DNA from: a virus
Direction: 5' to 3' (one strand)
Length of the DNA stretch: 64,000 nucleotides
Virus record (IMG/VR): IMGVR_UViG_3300044655_002353
Coordinates: 26,029 to 90,028 of that record
Under the pieces are notes generated by a model. That model did no database searches and had not been told where the DNA came from. It worked only from the letters and a program-made list of their open reading frames with translations. Below, one piece after another: positions 29,351 through 37,660 of this stretch (its first letter is position 1; each line of letters starts with the position of its first letter). The position numbers and the translations under genes are program-made.

Positions 29351-30003
29351 AAATATCAGAATTATTAAATGAAGCAACAAGTAATAGAACCGATACTTTT
29401 GAAATAAAGTTATCGTTTGAAACACATTTTGCACCAAAAGTAATTGCTATTCGAGATGCTTTGATTAAAGCTAATCTTACTGGCGTAAAAGTTAAACTTG
29501 TCGATAAACCATCATCAAGTAACCAAGTACGAATAACTTTGAACGGAAAACTTCCATTCAACAAAACTAATATTGAACATCAATTAGAAAGAGTTCGCGA
29601 AGTAGTCGAAAGCTTTAACAAAATCGATAAAAGCCCTTATAACGAAGGTTCATCATTTCCTATTGTCTTTATTGACAATATGCCAAATAGCCCAATTGAA
29701 TGGCCGGTTATCTATTTGAACTCAAATAGTAATACAGCTCTTTCATTAGCAGGTGTTGATAAACTTATTAAAGCAGATGAATTATTTAGAATTGAATATG
29801 CTAATATGATTAGCGATAGTGTTGTAGGGTTATTGAAAATCAAAGGCAAACTCATTCTAAATAATGCAGATTGGGGTAATAAGTTTAAAACTGTTGAATG
29901 GGTTAAAATTATTACTAGTTATAGAAAATCAGAAAATCAAGATATAGTTGCATGTCAACGTGAAATGATTGAACAAGACTTAGACGAATACGCGGAATTT
30001 TAA
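29347..30003 (+). CDS. CQRELIE family member B7
   Basis: MKISELLNE ... IVACQREMIEQDLDEYAEF. Confidence 0.85.
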   Translation: MKISELLNEATSNRTDTFEIKLSFETHFAPKVIAIRDALIKANLTGVKVKLVDKPSSSNQVRITLNGKLPFNKTNIEHQLERVREVVESFNKIDKSPYNEGSSFPIVFIDNMPNSPIEWPVIYLNSNSNTALSLAGVDKLIKADELFRIEYANMISDSVVGLLKIKGKLILNNADWGNKFKTVEWVKIITSYRKSENQDIVACQREMIEQDLDEYAEF

Positions 30004-30638
30004 TGAAAATAAAAGAACTATTTGAAACCTCAGTTAGAAAAGATTATTTTATAGACTTATGGCTGTCGTATAATGCTCTAACTACTACTTTAACAAAACT
30101 CAATGAAAATCCTAAAAAGATAACTGATGCTATTGACAAAAAAACCGGATTGAGTTCAATTATTCAAGTTGGTAAAGGTACATTTGATATTAGCCTTGAA
30201 GTTCCAGAACATCAGGTGAATGATTTTGCGAATTACATAGATGATGTCAATGCTGTTCTTAAAGCGTTTTTTGATATCACTGAAATTCGTGAAGATTCAG
30301 GGTCGCATATAGTTCATTTAACATTTGACAAACAGGTTCCTTCATTACCAATACCAATTGAGTTTCCGAATATCTTTATTCAGAACCTTAATAAAACTTC
30401 ATTATCTGGTATTCATAAAATAATAAAAGATTTTAGTTATTTAGAAATCAATAATTCTGAGAATATTACAGGTGGTGTTTTGGGTTTGATAAAGTTAGCA
30501 AAACATGGAGTAATAAAAATCAATACTCCAAATCCTGAATGGGCTAACATTGTTTTAAAATATTTAAACTCGGGTGATGTCATTGCATGTCAACGAAAAC
30601 TAATTGAAAAGGATTTAGACGAGTACGCAGAACTATGA
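30003..30638 (+). CDS. CQRELIE family member B8
   Basis: MKIKELFE; close paralog of 33211. Confidence 0.85.
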   Translation: MKIKELFETSVRKDYFIDLWLSYNALTTTLTKLNENPKKITDAIDKKTGLSSIIQVGKGTFDISLEVPEHQVNDFANYIDDVNAVLKAFFDITEIREDSGSHIVHLTFDKQVPSLPIPIEFPNIFIQNLNKTSLSGIHKIIKDFSYLEINNSENITGGVLGLIKLAKHGVIKINTPNPEWANIVLKYLNSGDVIACQRKLIEKDLDEYAEL

Positions 30639-31561
30639 AAATATCAGAATTGTTAAATGAAGCATCTAAAGGTGCAGACTATTCAGCGGTCATTGACCAA
30701 TTAGAACAAACTCCAGAGTTTAAGGACTTCTCGAAGTACTTTGACTTGAACTCCACGAAAATACAAAGAAAGAATGGTTCTTTGCAAATAGTGACTAAAG
30801 ATACCTATCTAAAAGAACCACGAGAATACTTTGTCAATTATGCAGGTGATATCAAAGTCAAAAATTCTTACGCCTCTATTTGGGGTAAAGCGGGTTATGG
30901 TGCGGGTCCAGACGGTTCATTACAAATGTATCTGAACTGTTTAGATACAATACATACCCATTTTGTGAATTGGTTTGCAAAACGTCTAAAGAATGCTAAA
31001 GATGATGTGCGTAATCTTAGTCTTACTACGCTAAAAGGCAGAATTTATCCAAATAAGATTTCAAACTTCAATTGTTCTTACAATAATCTTACAACCTTAG
31101 AAGGAGCACCTGAACTTAATGCGGCGGGGGATTTCTCAGTAGGTGGGGATTTCTATTGTAACAACAATGAACTGACTTCGCCTTTAGTTGGTGGTCCTGA
31201 ACAATGTAGATTGTTTAATGCTGCTAATAATAAGCTAACATCTTTTGAAGGATTTCCAAAGCATGCTCAGTTTATTCAAGCGTATGGTAATCCAATCACT
31301 TCATTCTCTGACGTTCATAAGCATATTCCGAGGTGTCAAGGATTTACTTTACCGCCAGTCAAAACTGGGGTCTTAGCATTTTTCAAAGTAAAAGATTGTA
31401 CTTCAATTGCATTTACTATAAATGGTAGAAAAACAGAAGATGGAGAATTTGGTTTAGTTGCTCAAATTGTTTCTAAGCATTTATTCTCTAGTGAACGAAG
31501 TGCTATCAAATGTCAACGTGAACTAATTGAAAACGACTTGGATGATTATGCAGAGTTTTAG
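30635..31561 (+). CDS. CQRELIE family member B9 (long, LRR-like)
   Basis: MKISELLNE; FNCSYNNLTTLEGAP, CNNNELTS, ANNKLTSFEGFP, YGNPITSF. Confidence 0.85.
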   Translation: MKISELLNEASKGADYSAVIDQLEQTPEFKDFSKYFDLNSTKIQRKNGSLQIVTKDTYLKEPREYFVNYAGDIKVKNSYASIWGKAGYGAGPDGSLQMYLNCLDTIHTHFVNWFAKRLKNAKDDVRNLSLTTLKGRIYPNKISNFNCSYNNLTTLEGAPELNAAGDFSVGGDFYCNNNELTSPLVGGPEQCRLFNAANNKLTSFEGFPKHAQFIQAYGNPITSFSDVHKHIPRCQGFTLPPVKTGVLAFFKVKDCTSIAFTINGRKTEDGEFGLVAQIVSKHLFSSERSAIKCQRELIENDLDDYAEF

Positions 31562-32273
31562 ACAATACTTATTAAAAGAACAGGCTAACAACGATTTCGA
31601 CTTTTGGCCGGAAGAAGATATTATCGACTGGATTACTAGAAATGGTCATCGAGTTCTAAAGAAGTATAACATTGAAGATTTAGACCCTGGCAACTTTGAA
31701 AATGCAAAGTATGATTATGGTATTGTAAATGCTACGGCTGTGTTATTATCTGGTGATGAAGAATGTTTGCCACGTATTAATGGTTCAACTCATCTTCGTT
31801 ATTTGCCATGTCAGTTTGGACAAATAGAAAGGAACTTCTTTATAGCAAATTGTAGTTTAGGTTCTTTGAAAGGATGTCCTAAAATCGTGGGTGGTCGTTT
31901 TAGCATTAGCAACAATCCAGAAATCACATCACTTGATTATTTTCCTGAAAGAGCTTCTTCATATATACTTCGTGGAACTGGTATTACTTCTTTGAGTGGC
32001 ATTCACAAAGTCATCAAAGAAATAAGACCTAATAGACAAGGTGATGGTGAAATTGTCGTTCCGCATACTTTGACTAATTCTATATTAGGCTTGCTAAAGA
32101 TACCAGGATTGAGAACTATTTCATATCCAGCAACTGAAAGAGCTAAATACTCTAATGAACTTCGCCAAGCAATTGGAATAGTCTATAACCATTTACAAAC
32201 AGACGAAAAAAATGCTATTGCCTGCCAACGAGAACTAATTGAAAATAATCTAGACGATTACGCGGAGTTTTAA
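31548..32273 (+). CDS. CQRELIE family member B10 (LRR-like)
   Basis: Start reassigned to MQSFRQYLLKE; LGSLKGCP, ITSLDYFP. Confidence 0.85.
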   Translation: MQSFRQYLLKEQANNDFDFWPEEDIIDWITRNGHRVLKKYNIEDLDPGNFENAKYDYGIVNATAVLLSGDEECLPRINGSTHLRYLPCQFGQIERNFFIANCSLGSLKGCPKIVGGRFSISNNPEITSLDYFPERASSYILRGTGITSLSGIHKVIKEIRPNRQGDGEIVVPHTLTNSILGLLKIPGLRTISYPATERAKYSNELRQAIGIVYNHLQTDEKNAIACQRELIENNLDDYAEF

Positions 32274-33211
32274 TGAAACTAAATGAACTATTTCCATTAC
32301 TAAAAGAAGCCGGTGTTTCGATACCTGCTGTTAAAGATTTGCCGCCTATTGACCCGGTTGATTTAGCTGATACTCTAAATAAAGTCAAACAATCAAACGA
32401 ATATAAAGAAATACTTTCAAAAACATTTGATATCAGTTCTGCTATAAAACTAAAAAACGGAACTTTAACATTCAAGTTGAAAAATGGAACTATGGATTAT
32501 TCGATTTATTCTAATGGACAGATAAGAGCTCAGGCAGCACATGCTGATAGAGCCACTAAGATGAATTCGCCTATTCCCGTTCCTAATCTATATGTTCGTT
32601 ATATCAACTGTTTAAAAAAGCTGAAAGACATAGCTGAAAAAAAATTAGCTAAGAAAGAAGAAAATAAAACAATTATATTATCTGGAGAAATGGGCCCTGA
32701 CTTAACTCAAATTGAATTCCCAAAAGATACAATTTATCTCAATGTTCTTAAATCTTCAATTCGTTCCCTAAAAGGTTGTCCGCCAACAATTGAACATTTG
32801 ATGATAAGTGACAATGAAAATCTAATATCTTTAGAAGGTTGTCCATCTAAATTAACAAATTTAGCTATATGGGATAATAAAAACTTATCATCATTAGAAC
32901 ATATTGCTTCTGATATTGATGGTAATCTACAAATTTATCGTAATGCAAAAATTACTTCTTTTGACAATTTAGATAAGTTAGTAAAAAGAATAGGCATCAT
33001 GTTACAATTTGACCCAACTATTAAAAGTGGTGTTCTTTCTATTTTGAAAATTAAAGGATTAGAACAAGGTGTTCGACAAACAAAACCACCACAAGAAGTT
33101 GATCTTATCTTAGGTAAAATTCTAACTAAACATATATTTGCAGGGCGCAACAGGATTGCGTGCCAACGTGATCTAATTGAAAACGACCTAGACGAGTACG
33201 CGGAGTTTTAA
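32273..33211 (+). CDS. CQRELIE family member B11 (long, LRR-like)
   Basis: MKLNELFPLLKE; IRSLKGCP, LISLEGCP, LSSLEHI; N-domain related to 30635. Confidence 0.85.
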   Translation: MKLNELFPLLKEAGVSIPAVKDLPPIDPVDLADTLNKVKQSNEYKEILSKTFDISSAIKLKNGTLTFKLKNGTMDYSIYSNGQIRAQAAHADRATKMNSPIPVPNLYVRYINCLKKLKDIAEKKLAKKEENKTIILSGEMGPDLTQIEFPKDTIYLNVLKSSIRSLKGCPPTIEHLMISDNENLISLEGCPSKLTNLAIWDNKNLSSLEHIASDIDGNLQIYRNAKITSFDNLDKLVKRIGIMLQFDPTIKSGVLSILKIKGLEQGVRQTKPPQEVDLILGKILTKHIFAGRNRIACQRDLIENDLDEYAEF

Positions 33212-33879
33212 TGAAAGTAAAAGAACTATTTGAACACGAAGCTATTCCAAAGTTAAAACAAAATCATATGATAGAGCTTACATTAGAATTTAGCGGATTG
33301 ACTGACTTATGTAAGAAGATGAAAGCAAATTTGCAACAGTTCAAAAAACTTATCAATGAAAAGACTGGAACTGATAGTATTATATTAGTTAGTACTATTT
33401 CATTTTCTATTAAATTATTGATTGAAGATAAAAATGTTGATGCTTTTGATAATTATCGTGAAAATGTTTTAGACGTATTGAATGAATTTGCAGGTGATTC
33501 TTCTAACTATCGAGAAAATCATGAAGACCACCATGTTAATCTATTCTTTTCACATGAGGTTCCTAAACTTTCAATTCCAATTTCATATGATACTGTTTAT
33601 GTAAATGTAGAAAATAAATCTTCATTATCCGGAATTGATAAAATTATATCTTCTTTTAGAAACTTATATATTCGTAATTGTGAAAACGTTACCGGAAAGG
33701 CATTAGGCATTATTAGGTTAGCTAAGAAAGGTAAAGCAATCAACTTATCAACATCAGATTATCATGAATTGCATTGGATGTATGTTATCAATAAGCATTT
33801 GAATCCTGAACGTCAAAATGTTGTAGCTTGTCAACGAGAACTAATTGAACGTGATTTAGACGAATATGCAGAATTTTAA
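33211..33879 (+). CDS. CQRELIE family member B12
   Basis: MKVKELFE ... VVACQRELIERDLDEYAEF. Confidence 0.85.
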   Translation: MKVKELFEHEAIPKLKQNHMIELTLEFSGLTDLCKKMKANLQQFKKLINEKTGTDSIILVSTISFSIKLLIEDKNVDAFDNYRENVLDVLNEFAGDSSNYRENHEDHHVNLFFSHEVPKLSIPISYDTVYVNVENKSSLSGIDKIISSFRNLYIRNCENVTGKALGIIRLAKKGKAINLSTSDYHELHWMYVINKHLNPERQNVVACQRELIERDLDEYAEF

Positions 33880-34540
33880 ACAATACTTGCAAGAAGGTGA
33901 AACTCAGAATTCAGTTTATCTTGAATGTTGTTATTACTTTCCAGGAAATCCTATAACAGACATAACTTCAGCAAAAGTTCGTGGTATAGTCTCACCAGTG
34001 TTGAAAGGCTTTAAGTTTTCACTTCAAGATGTAAGCACTGAAGGTTTTGTTGTAGTTATTATAGACCCTGATAGTAATTGGTTGAAATCTGAAAAAGCTC
34101 AGTTTGATTTGCATGGTAAGATTATGGAAGCAGTTTGCTCTGAGTATAAAATGAACTTTGCGCATGTCATTAATCATCATAAGTTTTCGGCTAATTGTAA
34201 TATAGGATTGAATAGATTACTTCCATTTCAAGTAGTTTGTCATTTATTGTCTATCAATGTTCAAGTTGATACAGTTTTTACAAATATCAAAAAGCTAGTA
34301 AAATGTGATGCGATTCACATTTATCAAATGGAGTATTTTAATGGAGGGTTATTAGGATTATTACAAATACCTCATCCAACTCAAGTTTGGTTTTCTTCTA
34401 ATAGTATTAGATTAGCAAAATACGATAAATTAAATGAGGCCATTCGAATTGTCAGAACACATTTAGATGGTGATAGAAATGTTGTAGCTTGTCAACGAGA
34501 ACTAATTGAAAAGGATTTAGATGAATATGCAGAGCTTTAA
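33866..34540 (+). CDS. CQRELIE family member B13
   Basis: MQNFKQYLQE ... VVACQRELIEKDLDEYAEL. Confidence 0.85.
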   Translation: MQNFKQYLQEGETQNSVYLECCYYFPGNPITDITSAKVRGIVSPVLKGFKFSLQDVSTEGFVVVIIDPDSNWLKSEKAQFDLHGKIMEAVCSEYKMNFAHVINHHKFSANCNIGLNRLLPFQVVCHLLSINVQVDTVFTNIKKLVKCDAIHIYQMEYFNGGLLGLLQIPHPTQVWFSSNSIRLAKYDKLNEAIRIVRTHLDGDRNVVACQRELIEKDLDEYAEL

Positions 34541-35228
34541 ACAATACTTACAAGAAGACACGGCTTCAAATAGCGAATACGTTCAACGTATTCGAGACCT
34601 ATTAAATGATTGGGCAAGTCAAGAACTTATACCGAATGACCCAAAGAAAAACTCTTTGCACGGTTTCAAAATATCTGCATCTGGGATAGTTGATTGTCAG
34701 TTAGGAACTCTTATAATTTATGATGAAATGTTAGATGCTAATGGTGAATTCCCATTCAAAATCCGAAATGCAAAATATATGATTTTGGAGCGTTTAGAAA
34801 AATTAAAATCATTCAAAAACTTTCCTGAAAAATTAGTATGTAAATCAGATTATAGGGATGTTTTTATAACATATCATCTTTTTAAGTATCGTAAAATTAC
34901 ATCTTTTGAGAATTTTCCAAAATATTGTCCTAATGGAGAAATACAACTAGAGGCATTTGTAAATGCTTCTTTTTCAAATATTCATAAACATATTTTGGAT
35001 GCAGAAACAATAAGAATAAATCCTAATTATGTTGGACCTATTTTATCATTTTTAAAGATTCCAACTTTAACAGATGTATATGCATTTACGGGGGATGTAA
35101 ATGACGAAAGTGAATCATGTAAAGAAGCTCTTAGTATTCTAAATAAACATTTAAATGGTAATAGAGACTTTATTGCATGTCAACGAGAACTAATTGAAAA
35201 GGATTTAGATGAATATGCTGAATTATAA
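34527..35228 (+). CDS. CQRELIE family member B14 (LRR-like)
   Basis: Start reassigned to MQSFKQYLQE; SFKNFPE, TSFENFP. Confidence 0.85.
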   Translation: MQSFKQYLQEDTASNSEYVQRIRDLLNDWASQELIPNDPKKNSLHGFKISASGIVDCQLGTLIIYDEMLDANGEFPFKIRNAKYMILERLEKLKSFKNFPEKLVCKSDYRDVFITYHLFKYRKITSFENFPKYCPNGEIQLEAFVNASFSNIHKHILDAETIRINPNYVGPILSFLKIPTLTDVYAFTGDVNDESESCKEALSILNKHLNGNRDFIACQRELIEKDLDEYAEL

Positions 35229-35231
35229 GAA

Positions 35232-35270
35232 TATAAATATAGATATTAATTACTATTCTAATATCTATAT
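35232..35270 (+). promoter_or_regulatory. Late promoter TATAAATA overlapping a 12-bp hairpin upstream of terL
   Basis: TATAAATA 35232-35239; ATATAGATATTA (35237-35248) / TAATATCTATAT (35259-35270). Confidence 0.65.
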
Positions 35271-35273
35271 TAT

Positions 35274-36833
35274 ATGGCAAATCCTTATCTAAAGCGAGCG
35301 AATACAGAAACTGAATACGAAGCTTGGCAAATCCAAGAACTTGAGAAGTGTATGAATGACCCGATATACTTCATCAAAAACTATGTCAAAATTCAGCATG
35401 CTATTAAAGGTACGGTTCTATTTGAGCTGTTTGACTATCAAGAAGAATTCATTCTAGCAATTCACAATAACAAAGATACGTTAGCACTAATGTCTCGCCA
35501 GCTTGGTAAGACAACTACTGCGGCAATCTACATCTTTTGGCTTTCTGCTTTTACTGATGACCAAGCATGTGTGATAGCATCTAAGAACATGGACCATGCT
35601 ACAGACATCATGGCCAAAATCAAATTTGCATATGAAGAGCTTCCAAATTGGTTGAAGCCTGGAGTCAAGTTCTACAATCGTACATCAATCGAATTTGACA
35701 ATGGTTCAATCATCAAATCACAAGCAACTACAGAAAAAACTGGTCGTGGTAATTCACCATCAATTCTAATGCTTGACGAGATTAGCTTTATTTCAACTCG
35801 TATCCAAGAAAAGATTTGGGCTTCAATTGCTCCGGCTCTTTCAACTGGTGGTAAGTTGATTATGACAACTACTCCTAATGGTGATACTGACTTGTTTGCT
35901 AGATTGTGGAGAGAATGTCTTGCAGGTCTAAACAGCTTTAGTCATACTTTTGCTCATTATACTCAACATCCTGAACGTGGTCCTGAATCTGGTTATCGAG
36001 AAGAAATGCTTGCAAAACTAGGGGAACTTGTTGTACGAGTAGAACTTGATTGCGAATTCCTTTCTTCTGATGCTCTTCTTATCCAATCACAACGTCTTAT
36101 CGAACTTAGACATCAACAACCAATCTTTATTGACAAGGGCTTTTCTTTCTGGGAAAACATTCGTGCTGATGCTGCTTATCTTGTAGGTGTTGATATTGCA
36201 ACGGGTTCGGGTCGAGATTACAGTGTTGTTGAAGTGTTTGAGTTTCCATCACTTATTCAAGTTGCTGAGCTTCGAACTAATAGTCTAAACATACCTGACT
36301 TATATGATAGAATAAAGTGGTTACTAAACAAAATGTCAAGTCATACTATGAATAACAAACGACCTGAAGTATTCTGGACATTTGAACGAAATGGAGTTGG
36401 TGAAGCTATTGGTGCTCTTTATAATACCGATGAACATCCACCTGAGTATGCCGAACTTATCAATGATGTGCCTGGCAAGTTAGGAATGCAAACAACAAAT
36501 CGTAACAAAATCCTCGCTTGTCTTCAACTAAAGTCTATGGTTGAAAAGATAAAGAACGGATTGGAGATAAGGTCTGAAATCAATATCTTTGAACTTAAGA
36601 ACTTTATTGCTTCAGGTGGTTCTTATGCCGCTAAGATTGGAGCTACTGATGACAGTGTGTCTGCATTATTACTTATTATTAGATTGCTAAAGCATGTAAG
36701 TGAGTTTGATGACAAAGCTAGAAAGTTGTTATATGAATATAATGCCGAAGATTATAACCCAGCGGTAAATAGCTTTGGACCTGACACTCCATTAGATGAA
36801 AGTGATGAAGCAATACCTTTTATGGTGCTTTGA
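35274..36833 (+). CDS. terL: Terminase large subunit (gp17-like)
   Basis: DPIYFIKNY, LFDYQ, SRQLGKTT (Walker A), LMLDE (Walker B), TTPNG, GVDIATG.G.DYS, TDDSV nuclease motifs. Confidence 0.95.
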   Translation: MANPYLKRANTETEYEAWQIQELEKCMNDPIYFIKNYVKIQHAIKGTVLFELFDYQEEFILAIHNNKDTLALMSRQLGKTTTAAIYIFWLSAFTDDQACVIASKNMDHATDIMAKIKFAYEELPNWLKPGVKFYNRTSIEFDNGSIIKSQATTEKTGRGNSPSILMLDEISFISTRIQEKIWASIAPALSTGGKLIMTTTPNGDTDLFARLWRECLAGLNSFSHTFAHYTQHPERGPESGYREEMLAKLGELVVRVELDCEFLSSDALLIQSQRLIELRHQQPIFIDKGFSFWENIRADAAYLVGVDIATGSGRDYSVVEVFEFPSLIQVAELRTNSLNIPDLYDRIKWLLNKMSSHTMNNKRPEVFWTFERNGVGEAIGALYNTDEHPPEYAELINDVPGKLGMQTTNRNKILACLQLKSMVEKIKNGLEIRSEINIFELKNFIASGGSYAAKIGATDDSVSALLLIIRLLKHVSEFDDKARKLLYEYNAEDYNPAVNSFGPDTPLDESDEAIPFMVL

Positions 36834-36900
36834 GGAAAAACCTCGTTTTTCTTAAAAAATTGCCGAGTGATTAGTCATGGAAAATGATGTGTTTGAAAAC

Positions 36901-37117
36901 TAGTAATAAAATCAATAAGTTACGAAGATAATGATAAATATTTTTAGTAATAAAATCAACTACTTAGAAAAACGTCAACTTCTAGTAATAACGAAATTGA
37001 AGAGGAGAGGAGAGAGACAACTGAATATAATATATACCCTTAGTCTGTCAGTTTTTCGAGTAATAAAATCAACTGCTTAGACACGAGCGAAATCAATTAT
37101 ATAGTCTGTCAGTTTTT
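36901..37117. repeat. Non-coding region with iteron-like direct repeats
   Basis: AGTAATAAAATCAA x3 (36902, 36946, 37059) and TAGTCTGTCAGTTTTT x2 (37041, 37102). Confidence 0.75.
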
Positions 37118-37191
37118 TAGCTTGCATAGATTATGGCTTAGGTGTAAATAGTAAATCAAACATTTATATAAAGAGAGAGAGAACATCTATC

Positions 37192-37608
37192 ATGAAACTT
37201 ATCGACATCAAACCACATGTTATCAGTGAGTCAAGCACTCCTATACATATGACTATGCTTCTTGACGAAGTAAGAAACGCAGGCAAAATCACTAACACTG
37301 CACAAACTGTTCTGATTGCACAACTTGTTCAATTGTTCAAGTTTTCACCAGTCAATCCGCAGAATGATATTCTTCAGTTCCAACAATCTCATAGTGCAAT
37401 GAAACCTCGTTATGTCTATGAGAATCCAACTCCTAAGGAATTACTTGATGATATCAAAGGTCTGAAAGATGATGAACAAGTCAAGTTAGCAGAATGGCTA
37501 TTACGTCAACTTGCAATCGTTGAGGCAAATGAAGATTTGGAACTTTATCATAATCCTGAAATGGCATTGAATAAATGGATAAGCCTTGTAACGAAGGCTC
37601 AACATTAA
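37192..37608 (+). CDS. Hypothetical protein (possible head protein, MKLIDI...ISE N-terminus)
   Basis: 138-aa ORF after a TGTAAATA late-like promoter. Confidence 0.55.
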   Translation: MKLIDIKPHVISESSTPIHMTMLLDEVRNAGKITNTAQTVLIAQLVQLFKFSPVNPQNDILQFQQSHSAMKPRYVYENPTPKELLDDIKGLKDDEQVKLAEWLLRQLAIVEANEDLELYHNPEMALNKWISLVTKAQH

Positions 37609-37660
37609 TAAATATTATTATATTCAAATACTCGCTTTCTATAGATGGAGCTAAATTAAC

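Larger units (their letters stand above)
25294..35228 (+). repeat. Cassette array 2: 14 tandem paralogs with the same junction repeat, between terS and terL
   Basis: Same repeat at each gene end; 26587-26647 and 30583-30643 are identical over 61 nt. Confidence 0.95.

Noticed and set aside
13358-34527. Longer ORF-track starts at 13358, 14734, 18058, 20177, 31527 and 34521
   Set aside because: The extensions are alternative-frame translations of the junction repeat. Family alignment places the starts at MQSF/MQNF/MKIK.
12799-35228. CRISPR array or integron attC interpretation of the periodic repeat
   Set aside because: The spacers are 600-900 bp full genes, the repeat is protein-coding and non-palindromic, and no cas operon or integrase is present.
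12799-35228. Diversity-generating retroelement or shufflon
   Set aside because: No reverse transcriptase, no template/variable repeat pair with adenine-specific differences, no invertase and no inverted cassettes in the window.
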